IMG/VR virus record: IMGVR_UViG_2547132488_000024
Location: 1-25,709 of that record
DNA length: 25,709 bases
Source of the DNA: a virus
Taxonomy: Duplodnaviria > Heunggongvirae > Uroviricota > Caudoviricetes
Strand: one strand, 5' to 3'
The translations under genes and the position numbers were made by a program. Positions 1 to 8,914 of the stretch are shown one piece after another (positions within the stretch are counted from its first letter, which is position 1; each line of letters begins with the position of its first letter). The notes beneath the pieces were generated by a model. The model made no database searches and was not told the DNA's origin. It was given only the letters and a program-made list of their open reading frames with translations.

Positions 1-108
1 GACAAACAAATTTTCAGTGGACACAAAACAGAAAATCAGGTGTTGATTTACGATCGTAAAACCAAAATCACGCCAACACTGGATTTGCCGCTTGTGGTCA
101 GTAAGTAG
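1..108 (+). CDS. Possible 3' end of an ORF running off the left edge (35 open codons then TAG at 106-108); product unknown
   Basis: Open frame from base 1 to TAG; no start visible; short, so chance open frame not excluded. Confidence 0.2.
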   Translation, partial: DKQIFSGHKTENQVLIYDRKTKITPTLDLPLVVSK

Positions 109-249
109 GCAATACAGAAAATTTTCTGGCAAAAAGACTTGGTATATTAACTCTGAATAACTCCCTAATATCTTGATTTTTCTTGGTGTTAAGTCTGATT
201 AACTTTTCGGCTATTTTGCGTATTGTACTGATTTTTCTTTATTTTTCTT

Positions 250-309
250 CGGTCTTGAAAACCGGCGACCCGAAAGGGTTCCAGAGTTCGAATCTCTGCG
301 CTTCCGCCA
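250..309 (+). other. Partial tRNA-Ser(UGA)-like 3' segment (anticodon loop CTTGAAA through T-arm GGTTCCAGAGTTCGAATCTCTG, acceptor 3' strand and CCA); 5' half absent; likely duplicated att core of an integrated element
   Basis: Matches from memory the 3' ~60 nt of enterobacterial serT; no complementary acceptor 5' strand (GGAAGCG) in the 100 nt upstream. Confidence 0.7.
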
Positions 310-318
310 GATAATCAA

Positions 319-350
319 GGGGTTACCGAATGGTAGCCCCTTTGCCTTTT
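319..350 (+). terminator. Intrinsic terminator-like hairpin (GGGGTTACC-GAAT-GGTAGCCCC) followed by T-rich run, immediately after the tRNA fragment
   Basis: 9-bp stem with one G-U pair, then TTTGCCTTTT. Confidence 0.5.
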
Positions 351-356
351 TGGCTC

Positions 357-386
357 TTGGTATAAACTTGGTATACCAATTGGTAT
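357..386. promoter_or_regulatory. Cluster of TTGGTAT half-sites: direct repeat CTTGGTATA x2 and perfect 14-bp palindrome ATACCAATTGGTAT (373-386); candidate protein-binding site
   Basis: Exact repeats read directly. Confidence 0.35.
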
Positions 387-574
387 GTTTTCTGCAAAAA
401 AAATTCCTAAAATCCCCGCCAGCACAAACAATCACTTGCTCATTCATGCTTTATCAAGAAAATATCCCTGCAAGTTGTGTTGTTTCTTTCTGCGTCCCGA
501 CAGGGTGTTATGGTTCCCCACTTCTCTCGGGACGGACACTTAACGGACGGGAAATTTTCAGGTGTCATTCAGAC

Positions 575-610
575 GTGCTTCGCCCCGGACTGGCGAAGCA
601 CGCTTTTTTT
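575..610 (+). terminator. Strong rho-independent terminator (10-bp perfect stem GTGCTTCGCC/GGCGAAGCAC, 7-nt loop, then GCTTTTTTT)
   Basis: Perfect inverted repeat followed by T7 on plus strand. Confidence 0.7.
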
Positions 611-719
611 CTCAGATTATTCTGTTTTGCCTGTGTGTTGAATAACTCCACTACAGTTATATAAAATCAGTAACGGCTGGAAATCATTCAATACTCGCAC
701 TATCGAAAGTTCGCCAGCC

Positions 720-765
720 AACCGCAGCACGTCCTGCATACGTCGTGTCTGCGGTTTTTCTTTTT
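720..765 (+). terminator. Hairpin (AACCGCAG...CTGCGGTT) followed by TTTTTCTTTTT; plus-strand terminator convergent with gene G
   Basis: 8-bp stem, 21-nt partly paired loop, T-run. Confidence 0.4.
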
Positions 766-768
766 CGC

Positions 769-1311
769 TTACATTGTGTCTGGTTCTTCCGGCCATTCAA
801 TATCCGGCGCGGTCGATGTATCAACACGGTTTAGTAACACCCGATATTTCTTCCAGGTCAGTAACTGTTCCTTTTCCCCCTCTGTCGCCATATCCAAATC
901 CACAGCATCCCGAAGGGGGGCCATGCAATCATCGGCCTGTCGCATTAATAAGCTCTTTTTATTTTTTGCCTGCTGCACCAGTTCTTCATAAGTGCATTCC
1001 CGGTTAATTACCACGCCATCCTTAAACATCCATTTACCCGAAATATCAGCCCGGCGATTTGCTGTAATATCAGGTAATTCAACGACGCTTGCGCCTTCCG
1101 GATTAATTGCTGAAACATCCTTTTCAATACAAATAATAACGCCGTTGTGGTCATAGACCATTTTCAACGTATCAGGCTGAAAGTTCTTTTGTTCCTCATA
1201 CCAGTTTTTCCCATCCTCTGTATAAAGCCATTTGATGTTAAATTGTTTCGTTAGCTGGTATTGCTCTTTTGTTTTAGGGTTGCCAGCAGTAATGTTTTTT
1301 AAGTGCATCAT
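769..1311 (-). CDS. G: Tail fibre assembly protein (P2 gpG-like), 180 aa
   Basis: Position immediately downstream of and overlapping tail fibre gene; size as P2 G. Confidence 0.75.
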   Translation of the reverse strand: MMHLKNITAGNPKTKEQYQLTKQFNIKWLYTEDGKNWYEEQKNFQPDTLKMVYDHNGVIICIEKDVSAINPEGASVVELPDITANRRADISGKWMFKDGVVINRECTYEELVQQAKNKKSLLMRQADDCMAPLRDAVDLDMATEGEKEQLLTWKKYRVLLNRVDTSTAPDIEWPEEPDTM

Positions 1312-3416
1312 CGTTCAATACTCCCCGCGTTATACCACACCCCATTAATGCAATACTGAATTGGCCTTGCCTGAATTGTATCAATTAATTCATCACGGTT
1401 TTCGTTAACTGAACCCGTAACGACATAACCTGACCTGTCAGACCAGCCGGGGCCATGCCATGTCTTAACAGATAACAGACCGCCAAGGCGAATACCTGTA
1501 ATAAACCTTGAGTTACATTCTGCCCGCGTATATGCACCAACATCTCCCGCAGAAGGTTTGCGGGTTGTGGTGTAAAACTCTGACCAGTCAGCCTCAAATC
1601 CATAACCATCACGCGCTGAACGATAAAAAATACCGCCGTTCCTGTAATTCACGCGGAACTGTACAGCAGGGCAGCTCCCCGTATTCATATTGAAGTGGAG
1701 GATTAATGTCGATGCGCCACCAATGTTTGCGTTATAGACCCCGCTATTCCAGTTCCAGCCAACAGCTTTATCATTTCCGACAGTGCTTCCTGTTTGCCCT
1801 AAAGCAAATGCAGGCTGCTGGTTTTTCGTGTTGTAGTCTCGTCGCCAGCCAGGAGCGTAAGCATCACCATGATTAATATAAGTGAATTGAGCGTTAGTGA
1901 TTCCGCCGCCGCTGGACGTACTCGGCGTGGTAACGCGTATGGTCATTGCGCCGCGAGTGCCAATAACTTCCACCACAGCACCTGCAAGACAAATATTTCC
2001 GCAACCTGTATCTGTAATGACCTTATTGTTTGCATAAGCCCATGAGCCTTTGCACATCCAGTAAGGATGGTTAAATGCTCCCTGACTCTCCAGCCACGAA
2101 ATAAATTGCGCGGTTGTCCAGACCTGACTATCGCCACCAATATTCAGCCATGCGCTATATGCGCGGCAGGCACCAATATTTTTGGTGAAGGTATCTTTTC
2201 CCGGAATATCTGCGCCGTTCTGGTTTTTCTGTAATGCGCCAGAAGCCTGATTTACCGTTTCCTGTAAACCGAGGTATTCGATAACGGCAGCAACGGTCGA
2301 TTTCGCAAGAATATCCCGCCCGACTTTTGTCAGGGTTGCCAGGCTGGCGACATCATTCCCCGTAAAATACGGAAACCTGTCTGCCGCAGTAGCAAGCCCG
2401 GCCAGCGCCGTCAGGGTGGCATCTTTCGGTTGCTTACCCGCAAGCGCGTTAGTCATGGTGGTCGCAAAATTCGGGTCGTTGCCCAGCGCCGCCGCCAGCT
2501 CGTTCAGCGTGTTCAGTGCGTCAGGTGAAGAGTCTACAAGTGCGGCAATCGCGGCCATAACGAAAGCCGTGCTTGCGATTTGGGTATTATTCGTTCCCTG
2601 TTGTGCAGTTGGTGTTGTTGGCGTTCCGGTCAGTGCCGGGCTGTTTAATGGGGCTTTCTTGTTCGTTTCATCCATTACCGCCTTAACCGCTTTTGGTGTC
2701 GCTGCCAGCGTTTCAGACGTGCTGTTGGTTGCACTGCTGAGCTGGACTATCCCTTTTCGTGCCGTCGTGGAGTCCTGAGCGGTATATTTTCCGTTAGCCA
2801 GGTCATACGCGGCCTTAACCGCTTTCGGCGTTGCGGCCAGCGTTTCAGAATCGCTGTTAGTGGCGCTACTGAGTTGAACAAAGCCTTTTGCGGTCAGCGA
2901 GGCGTCCGGGTGACGTCGTGACTGTTCATGCTCTTTCAGTTTGTCATCCACGTAATCCACTGTGGCCATCACCATGGTGTTATCCACGGTAAGCGCCACG
3001 GTGGCAGTGCTGGATACGGTCAGAATGGTGCGAAATGTTTGTGCACGACCGGACCCTTCGGCAACGGCTGGCTTGTAACTTTCGGCAGTATTGCCCACCG
3101 CGATTAAATCGCCGTGCTCATCAAATACACCAATTTCCCGGATCCAGAATCCGCCCGTTTCAGGAGGAATAACCAGCTCCGCAATAATGCGGTTCTGATG
3201 TGTTGCGTCCAGGATGACGCGATTAACAGTGTGTCGCCACACCTCATGCACCAGACGGGTCTGCTTACTGTCTGGTGTGGGCAACGTGCCGCCACCGTCG
3301 CCCACGGCCATATGAGTCAGGCGGACAGGCTTACCATCTGGCGCGGCTGCCTGAGCTAATTTTTTGGCACCCGTATCGGTGATAACGGTTTTAAATTTAC
3401 GTGTTGTGGTACTCAT
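1308..3416 (-). CDS. H: Tail fibre protein (P2 gpH-like), 702 aa, conserved N-terminal half, tandem fibre repeats, divergent C-terminal receptor-binding part
   Basis: N-terminus and repeat QLSSATNS(D/T)[13 protein letters not shown] x2 resemble P2 H from memory. Confidence 0.9.
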   Translation of the reverse strand: MSTTTRKFKTVITDTGAKKLAQAAAPDGKPVRLTHMAVGDGGGTLPTPDSKQTRLVHEVWRHTVNRVILDATHQNRIIAELVIPPETGGFWIREIGVFDEHGDLIAVGNTAESYKPAVAEGSGRAQTFRTILTVSSTATVALTVDNTMVMATVDYVDDKLKEHEQSRRHPDASLTAKGFVQLSSATNSDSETLAATPKAVKAAYDLANGKYTAQDSTTARKGIVQLSSATNSTSETLAATPKAVKAVMDETNKKAPLNSPALTGTPTTPTAQQGTNNTQIASTAFVMAAIAALVDSSPDALNTLNELAAALGNDPNFATTMTNALAGKQPKDATLTALAGLATAADRFPYFTGNDVASLATLTKVGRDILAKSTVAAVIEYLGLQETVNQASGALQKNQNGADIPGKDTFTKNIGACRAYSAWLNIGGDSQVWTTAQFISWLESQGAFNHPYWMCKGSWAYANNKVITDTGCGNICLAGAVVEVIGTRGAMTIRVTTPSTSSGGGITNAQFTYINHGDAYAPGWRRDYNTKNQQPAFALGQTGSTVGNDKAVGWNWNSGVYNANIGGASTLILHFNMNTGSCPAVQFRVNYRNGGIFYRSARDGYGFEADWSEFYTTTRKPSAGDVGAYTRAECNSRFITGIRLGGLLSVKTWHGPGWSDRSGYVVTGSVNENRDELIDTIQARPIQYCINGVWYNAGSIER
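2679..2891 (-). repeat. Tandem in-frame ~132-nt repeat inside H (two copies of a 27-aa fibre motif, H residues ~176-202 and ~220-246)
   Basis: Near-identical protein and DNA segments read directly. Confidence 0.7.
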
Positions 3417-3418
3417 GC

Positions 3419-3949
3419 TTAATCGTCCGGATAAATGGTAATGACTTCGCCGTCGTAAGTTGCTGCCGCCGCGAAAATATCTCCCTGAATCTCCTGAATG
3501 ATATTCAGCCCTGTCATGTGGCGGCTGACCGGGCGGGCATCAGCAATCAACCGCTCCATTTCCAGATACATTTCCTCGGTCACACCACTGTCCAGCGTGC
3601 CGACTTCAACGGTAAATGTTCCCGGTTCTCCGCCGAACTCCCACCACTCAGACACACGAATGAGGTATCCCAGCGGCTCAATGGCCCGGCGCAGTGCGCT
3701 GATGGTCCCTTTGTGTCGGTGTATCAGCCATGCATCACGAATCACCTGTCGCTTTGTCTCTTCCGGCCAGTTGCGATCCCAGCGGTCAACGGAAAATGCC
3801 CAGGCGAGATAAGGCAGCAGATGCACCGGGCAGGTGTCCGGTGACCACAGCGTGTTGAGGTCTACTGGGATGTCTGTAATGCGCGCTCCGACAGCTTCGG
3901 CGCAACGCATGAAACTGCTGGCTGATGGCGGTAACAGTGAATTACTCAT
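3419..3949 (-). CDS. I: Baseplate/tail protein I (P2 gpI-like), 176 aa; start moved to ATG 3949 (RBS AAGGTGG)
   Basis: Similarity to P2 I (WNPDTCP..LLPWLAWAFSVDRWD motif); RBS upstream of internal ATG. Confidence 0.85.
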   Translation of the reverse strand: MSNSLLPPSASSFMRCAEAVGARITDIPVDLNTLWSPDTCPVHLLPYLAWAFSVDRWDRNWPEETKRQVIRDAWLIHRHKGTISALRRAIEPLGYLIRVSEWWEFGGEPGTFTVEVGTLDSGVTEEMYLEMERLIADARPVSRHMTGLNIIQEIQGDIFAAAATYDGEVITIYPDD

Positions 3950-4838
3950 TGCGCCCACCTTCGCTGATGGTGAATGACTCACAGCGCGCCGCCTGTATGT
4001 CGCTGATGGCCATATTCTGTGTGGGTTCGATTATCTCCACGCGTTGCACACCGTGCACATGCAGTGCGGCAGCAATGGCTGACAGCGCCACGTCCTGACC
4101 GATAAGCCCCTGCTCAGCCAGCCACTTCCTGAACGACGATTCCGCCGCAGCCAGAATAGGTTCGGATTCCGGGCCGGGGTAAAAGTACAGTTTTGCATTC
4201 AGCCGCCATGTCACGATTCTGGCGCTCTGTACGGTCAGGCGGTCGGCCACCGGGCGGGTATCCTCTGCATTCAGAACGGCGCGAACGGTATTAAGCAACG
4301 CCTCCGTTGCCGTGCCGTCGCCTTCAGTGGACAGGATGGAAACCGTCACATTGGCCGGAGACGGACTGATAGCCCGCGCATCACGCACCAGACCGCTGGC
4401 GCTGCGGGCAAAATACTCGTATGCACCTGACGGGCCAGCAACACTCAGGCCGTCGTACGCCCGTTGCGCCCGCAGTCTAAGCGAGGTGTCGCTCTCCATC
4501 ACCGCGTCGGTGGTATCCGTTGCCGGAGTGATAACCAGGCGCTTTGTGTTCATATTGCCCGCGAGGTTGTCCAGGTCTGTCCCGGCGCTGTGGCTTAACA
4601 TGCAGGCGCGTGCGCCCTCGTTAACCCGCTGGCGTAACAGCATTTCACGAAACGCTGTTGTCTGGGCGATAACGTTAAGGGGTTCCGATTCCAGCTCCAG
4701 CGCGGCGGAAACGGCTTCACGCTGTTCGGCGGGATAGGACGCAATCATCATGGCTTTTGTATCAGCCAGAATTGCTTCAAAGTCAGGCTCCGCGATGATG
4801 GTCGGGTCCGGTAACTGTGAAAGGTCAACGGCAGGCAT
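3942..4838 (-). CDS. J: Baseplate assembly protein J (P2 gpJ-like), 298 aa
   Basis: Synteny, size and N-terminal similarity to P2 J. Confidence 0.9.
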   Translation of the reverse strand: MPAVDLSQLPDPTIIAEPDFEAILADTKAMMIASYPAEQREAVSAALELESEPLNVIAQTTAFREMLLRQRVNEGARACMLSHSAGTDLDNLAGNMNTKRLVITPATDTTDAVMESDTSLRLRAQRAYDGLSVAGPSGAYEYFARSASGLVRDARAISPSPANVTVSILSTEGDGTATEALLNTVRAVLNAEDTRPVADRLTVQSARIVTWRLNAKLYFYPGPESEPILAAAESSFRKWLAEQGLIGQDVALSAIAAALHVHGVQRVEIIEPTQNMAISDIQAARCESFTISEGGRNE

Positions 4839-4841
4839 GAT

Positions 4842-5192
4842 TTACTCTCTCAGCGTGATGGTTAATTCAACATTCTGCATGGTCTGCATGACAGTGCCCG
4901 ACAGCGTCACCCCGGCGCGGCCTCCTGCCTTCCAGACAACGTCGATGGCATCCAGGGCAATGCGGGGTTCCCATCGTGTCAGTGCAATCACGGCAGCACT
5001 CATGCATTGCAGACGCGTGGTGTTATTCATGGGTTCGTCAATCAAATCAGGCACAAGGCTGCCATATTCCCGTCGCATAACCCGGCTTGCCAGCGGGGTG
5101 ATCAGGATGTCCCTGACTGACTGTTTCAGGTGCTCCATATCGTTCAGGTTTCCCGTCCCGTCCGGATTCATTCCTGTGTAGCGGGTTGTCAC
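4842..5192 (-). CDS. W: Baseplate wedge protein W (gp25-like), 116 aa
   Basis: Synteny and size. Confidence 0.8.
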   Translation of the reverse strand: MTTRYTGMNPDGTGNLNDMEHLKQSVRDILITPLASRVMRREYGSLVPDLIDEPMNNTTRLQCMSAAVIALTRWEPRIALDAIDVVWKAGGRAGVTLSGTVMQTMQNVELTITLRE

Positions 5193-5770
5193 TGCGGGCC
5201 TCCTGTCGAATCGCTGCCGCCTTTCACGCCACCGTGTTTATGCGTATGCACGGTAATGCCGTTTGAGGTGAAGTTGCCGCCGCTGTGCGTGATATTGCCG
5301 CTCATCTTTCCTCCTTTTGTGACGTCAAGCGTCGCCGTTCTCAGAAGGTCTGTGCATTCCACGACGGGCGTATCCAGTGTCACGCTGACGGATGCCTGTA
5401 AAGTGGCCGTTTTCATGCCGCTGGCGCTCAGTGCGCCTGCGTCCGCGTCGTAGCGGAACACCGCGCCGTCCGGCGCGCTGACCACGATTTCTTTCAGGCT
5501 TTTGCCGGGGGCCGGAATGGCATCACTCCACAGGCTGCCAATTATCATGGCGGTTTCCGGGTTGCCGCCAATGCAGGCAATTACCACCTGTTCGCCTGGT
5601 GATGGCGGCAGCCACACATTGAAGGCTCCCGCGCGCGTGGTGTTCCAGCGCAGCCAACCTGTTTCCAGTTCGCCGCTGCGAACGCGCACGCGCCAGGACT
5701 TCTCATCAACTTCAGAGATGATCCCGGTGCGGATGATATTGCTCAGTAGCCGCATGAGTTCTGCGCTCAC
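5189..5770 (-). CDS. V: Baseplate spike/assembly protein V, 193 aa
   Basis: Synteny and size; Gly/His-rich C-terminus. Confidence 0.8.
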   Translation of the reverse strand: MSAELMRLLSNIIRTGIISEVDEKSWRVRVRSGELETGWLRWNTTRAGAFNVWLPPSPGEQVVIACIGGNPETAMIIGSLWSDAIPAPGKSLKEIVVSAPDGAVFRYDADAGALSASGMKTATLQASVSVTLDTPVVECTDLLRTATLDVTKGGKMSGNITHSGGNFTSNGITVHTHKHGGVKGGSDSTGGPQ

Positions 5771-6402
5771 CGTACAGCCTCCGCAATCCGGCCCAGCACC
5801 GTGTTATAAATCAGGCGCTCATCTGCCTGGCTGATACCCAGCAGCTCACGTACCGGGTAATCGGTGAAAATGCCCGGCGCAACCTGATCGCGCTCACCGA
5901 ACTGATGAACGCGTGCAATACGTGCGGCCACGCCGCTGTAACCCACCGTCACACCGGAAGCATCTGCACGGGCTTTCAGGTAGCGGGCGGTGCGCAGTTT
6001 TACGAACATGGGGACGCGCTTTGTGCTGTCCTGGTTGATGCGCCGGGTGCGTATTTCCAGAAAGCGGTCGATGTCATCCCGGTAAAACGTGCGGATGCTG
6101 TTTTTATCCTCATCCCACCCGGTGATGGTTCGCCCGTATTTCCCCGTGTCGTGATGCCAGTTTTTCAGCGTGCGTGCTTCGTTATTCCAGATAAAGCGAA
6201 TGCGCTCCTGTATCCGGGTTACGCGGCGTCTGCGTGGTGTCCATGCGGTCCCGTCCGGCGCTTTCTGTGACCGGATACGTGCCTGCTGGGCGCGGCGTAA
6301 ATCCTGTGCCAGCTTTCTGGCGATGTTATTGATGGCCTGCTGATTCAGGCTGTCGCGGATGGCCTCAAAGGTTTCATCCACGCGGGTGAATGCCTTATCC
6401 AT
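5767..6402 (-). CDS. S: Virion morphogenesis / tail completion protein S-like, about 211 aa (ATG 6402; the upstream GTG at 6411 is an alternative start)
   Basis: Synteny; overlaps R stop; longer than P2 S. Confidence 0.7.
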   Translation of the reverse strand: MDKAFTRVDETFEAIRDSLNQQAINNIARKLAQDLRRAQQARIRSQKAPDGTAWTPRRRRVTRIQERIRFIWNNEARTLKNWHHDTGKYGRTITGWDEDKNSIRTFYRDDIDRFLEIRTRRINQDSTKRVPMFVKLRTARYLKARADASGVTVGYSGVAARIARVHQFGERDQVAPGIFTDYPVRELLGISQADERLIYNTVLGRIAEAVR

Positions 6403-6862
6403 CGCTTTCACCCCACGTCACATCCTGGAATACATGCGACCAGTCGCCTTCGGAAGAGGGCAGGCGGGGTTTTGGCTCCGGCAGGTGTTCTGCCTGCGGC
6501 GTGCCCTGACTGCTGCGCGTGATGCGAACGCGTTCCCGCAGGGGGAGCGTAAACAGGAGATCGGCGCTGTCATCGTCATTGATAACGGCGGAGAATTTGA
6601 TGTCCTGATTACGCTCCGGATTGAGCAACAACTGTGGCTGATTTTCTGATAACCACGCCAGTAGCGGCAGCGTGAGGTCGTCCAGCTCCCCGGCGTAATC
6701 CATGACAAACATCACCATCTGATAGCGGTAAACAAACGAGGGCGTTTCTCCGGTCGTTTCAATGTTGCCGCTCTCCACGAAAATGGTGAATTTTTCCGGG
6801 TTGGCCTGACACCATCGGCATGAACGGGTCATGGCTTCACGCAGGGAATCAGTTTTCAGCAT
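6395..6862 (-). CDS. R: Tail completion protein R, 155 aa
   Basis: N-terminus MLKTDSLR similar to P2 R; synteny. Confidence 0.85.
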   Translation of the reverse strand: MLKTDSLREAMTRSCRWCQANPEKFTIFVESGNIETTGETPSFVYRYQMVMFVMDYAGELDDLTLPLLAWLSENQPQLLLNPERNQDIKFSAVINDDDSADLLFTLPLRERVRITRSSQGTPQAEHLPEPKPRLPSSEGDWSHVFQDVTWGESDG

Positions 6863-7139
6863 GGTTGTTGTCCTCGTTGTTCAGTCGTTGCAGCCTGCGC
6901 TGTTCCAGTAATTCAATGGCCCGTTTATCCGCGTTACAGGTTTCCAGTGCATCCAGAAGGCGGTCGCCCCATATACCGAGATTTCCCCATGTGGGAGTGT
7001 CAGGGAAGGGGGGAGGCGTTACCGGTATGGTCAGCGTCTGCGGTATAAGCCGGACTGACGGCGCTGGCCGTGGCGCGTTCTGCGTGCCTGCGCAACCTGT
7101 CAGTAAAACGAGCGTCAGGCAAAGCGTGGGCGCATTCAT
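6849..7139 (-). CDS. lysC: Outer-membrane spanin lipoprotein (LysC/Rz1-like), about 96 aa, lipobox LLTGC, Pro-rich; embedded in the +1 frame of the i-spanin 3' end and extending past it
   Basis: Lipobox, proline-rich region, overlapping architecture; start could also be GTG 7169. Confidence 0.6.
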   Translation of the reverse strand: MNAPTLCLTLVLLTGCAGTQNAPRPAPSVRLIPQTLTIPVTPPPFPDTPTWGNLGIWGDRLLDALETCNADKRAIELLEQRRLQRLNNEDNNHAEN

Positions 7140-7407
7140 CTTTTGCAATATCGTTGCGTAGCTGTTCACGTCTGGCCTCTCCGTCCTGATTTCGCTGTTG
7201 ATTTTCCACGCGGAGTTGCGCCAGCACCTGCTGCATATCCTGTACCCCGGCGCTGATGATATTCAGGGTGTCGACGGTACGTTTCAGGGCGCTGGCCTGC
7301 GCTTCGTTTCTGGCGTTCTCCCGGCCCAGCGACCACGACAGACGCATGGATGTTCCCCATGCGGCAATCAGAAGGAAAGCGACGCCCAGCGTGGGCCAGA
7401 GCTTCAT
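7000..7407 (-). CDS. lysB: Inner-membrane spanin (LysB/Rz-like), about 135 aa, N-terminal TM helix; ATG overlaps endolysin stop (ATGA)
   Basis: TM segment LWPTLGVAFLLIAAW, coiled-coil-like body, synteny. Confidence 0.7.
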   Translation of the reverse strand: MKLWPTLGVAFLLIAAWGTSMRLSWSLGRENARNEAQASALKRTVDTLNIISAGVQDMQQVLAQLRVENQQRNQDGEARREQLRNDIAKDECAHALPDARFTDRLRRHAERATASAVSPAYTADADHTGNASPLP

Positions 7408-7796
7408 GCCGGATAGGCTCCGTGTGGTAACTGAAAATGCGGTCCGTCTTTCAGGGTCTTCCAGTCGCCGCCCCATTCCACCGGAATATTCAGTTCCCGG
7501 CTGGCCTGTCTGAATGCTGCTGCGATTTTTTCGTACAGCGGCCATTCCCATGACACCTGGCTGCCGATATAAGCCACAACATCCACGGCATGTCCCGTAA
7601 GGTGGCGGCTGTTCATGGTCTGGCTCTTACCTGTGGCCACAAGTTGCTTCTGGCGGTAACGGCTGCGCAACCCTTCTGTGATACCAAAATCCACTTCCGA
7701 AATTTCCAGTGCCCGTCGGGTCACTTTCACCAGATCAGGATTTACGCCCTGCAAATTCTTTTCGCTCCGGCTGCTGAATTTAAATGTGTTGCTCAT
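7404..7796 (-). CDS. Endolysin, peptidase M15-type zinc metallopeptidase (SRHLTGHAVD ... GPHFQ motifs), 130 aa; not the P2 K lysozyme type
   Basis: His/Asp motifs typical of M15 L-Ala-D-Glu peptidases; position in lysis cassette. Confidence 0.8.
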   Translation of the reverse strand: MSNTFKFSSRSEKNLQGVNPDLVKVTRRALEISEVDFGITEGLRSRYRQKQLVATGKSQTMNSRHLTGHAVDVVAYIGSQVSWEWPLYEKIAAAFRQASRELNIPVEWGGDWKTLKDGPHFQLPHGAYPA

Positions 7797-8116
7797 TCGT
7801 CCTTCTCCTTCACCCTGCGATTAAAGGCTGCAATAACCTTGTCGCGTGCTTTCTCTGCGCCCATAAAACCGATTGATGCGCCGATAAACGTCACGGCATC
7901 TTCAGGAAACCCGAAGAAGCGCAACGACCCGGCCACGGCCATGGCAAGAACGCCGCACGCCAGCGATCCCGTTACGGTCTGAACCAGTGTTCGTCCGTCA
8001 TAAAGACTCATCAGCGCGGAAATGCTGACCGCCGCGCCTACTGCATACACCGTTGGCAGGTGGTCAAAGAGCCACGCAATAACCTGCTCTGTGATCCCTG
8101 TTTGAATGGTGCTCAC
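7793..8116 (-). CDS. Holin, about 107 aa, GTG start 5 nt after RBS GGGGGAG, predicted TM segments
   Basis: Hydrophobic segments, charged C-terminus, position between X and endolysin; track ORF trimmed because its extension overlaps X. Confidence 0.6.
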   Translation of the reverse strand: MSTIQTGITEQVIAWLFDHLPTVYAVGAAVSISALMSLYDGRTLVQTVTGSLACGVLAMAVAGSLRFFGFPEDAVTFIGASIGFMGAEKARDKVIAAFNRRVKEKDE

Positions 8117-8118
8117 TG

Positions 8119-8319
8119 CTACTCCCCCCACAACTGAATCATTTCTCGTTTCTTCTTCTCCGGCTCCGGCATCTCCACTTCCTGCCCGGCGTCCAGAAAT
8201 ACCTGCTGACAGAGTCCGGGGTTGGCATCCAGCACCTTTTCGGTGACGCCCTGCGTCGTGCCGTAGTACCGGAAACAGAGCGAATCCACGGTGTCGCCTT
8301 CCAGTGCCTTCACTTTCAT
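8119..8319 (-). CDS. X: Tail protein X (LysM-like), 66 aa
   Basis: MKVKALEGDTVDSLCFRYYG similar to P2 X; ATGA overlap with L stop. Confidence 0.8.
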   Translation of the reverse strand: MKVKALEGDTVDSLCFRYYGTTQGVTEKVLDANPGLCQQVFLDAGQEVEMPEPEKKKREMIQLWGE

Positions 8320-8822
8320 CAGCACAACTCCGCAAAGATTCGCGGGCGGCACAGAATGTCAGAGATGGCCCAGCTCACATCGCGCCACAAATCCGATGTC
8401 TGTATATCCAGTGCGTCCGCCCGGCGGTCGCCCTTGTCCGTTGTGTCCGCATCGCGGTAACGCTCCAGAATCAGGGCGCGTGTGGCGGTATAAACAGCAT
8501 TGCGCCAGTGCCAGAGATTGACGCTTTCTCCGTTAATTACGGGTGCCGGAACATCGGCCAGCGTCTGATGGCCAGCCGCCTGCTGTTCCTGCTGCCACGC
8601 TTCCAGCTCGCGGGTAACGTGTGCCACGGCCCCGGTGGCGGTATGCAGCAGGCGGGAGGTGGTCACGCGCCCCGGCAGTCGTATCGCCAGACGCAGCTCA
8701 CGCAGCACAATATCCGGCCAGAATGCACCCGCTGAAATACGGGTATCACCATCATCGGTATCGGTGATGTCGTCCTCTGCGGGTCCGGGATTGGTTCTGG
8801 CAACCATACTCATGGGGTTCAC
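8319..8822 (-). CDS. L: Head completion/stabilisation protein L, 167 aa
   Basis: Synteny and size. Confidence 0.85.
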   Translation of the reverse strand: MNPMSMVARTNPGPAEDDITDTDDGDTRISAGAFWPDIVLRELRLAIRLPGRVTTSRLLHTATGAVAHVTRELEAWQQEQQAAGHQTLADVPAPVINGESVNLWHWRNAVYTATRALILERYRDADTTDKGDRRADALDIQTSDLWRDVSWAISDILCRPRIFAELC

Positions 8823-8914
8823 TCCTGAAAAAATCGGGCGGTGGGTGCGCGGTGTAAACGGTCACGGAGTCAAACCGGAACACCGCGCACGCCGCCCGCT
8901 GACGGGGTCAGCCG

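Noticed and set aside
250-309. Complete tRNA gene
   Set aside because: Only the 3' ~60 nt is present; no complementary acceptor 5' strand or D-arm upstream, so it is a fragment or att core
350-664. 104-aa plus-strand ORF in the region left of G
   Set aside because: Non-ATG start, no RBS, Cys-rich low-complexity product, and it reads through a strong intrinsic terminator at 575-610; better explained as noncoding
769-3416. Invertible tail-fibre host-range switch (Gin/Cin type)
   Set aside because: No invertase gene and no inverted repeats flanking the H C-terminus and G
7793-8335. 180-aa ORF as a full-length holin
   Set aside because: The N-terminal extension overlaps the X gene in another frame and is Arg/Gly-rich; trimmed to the GTG start with RBS after the X stop
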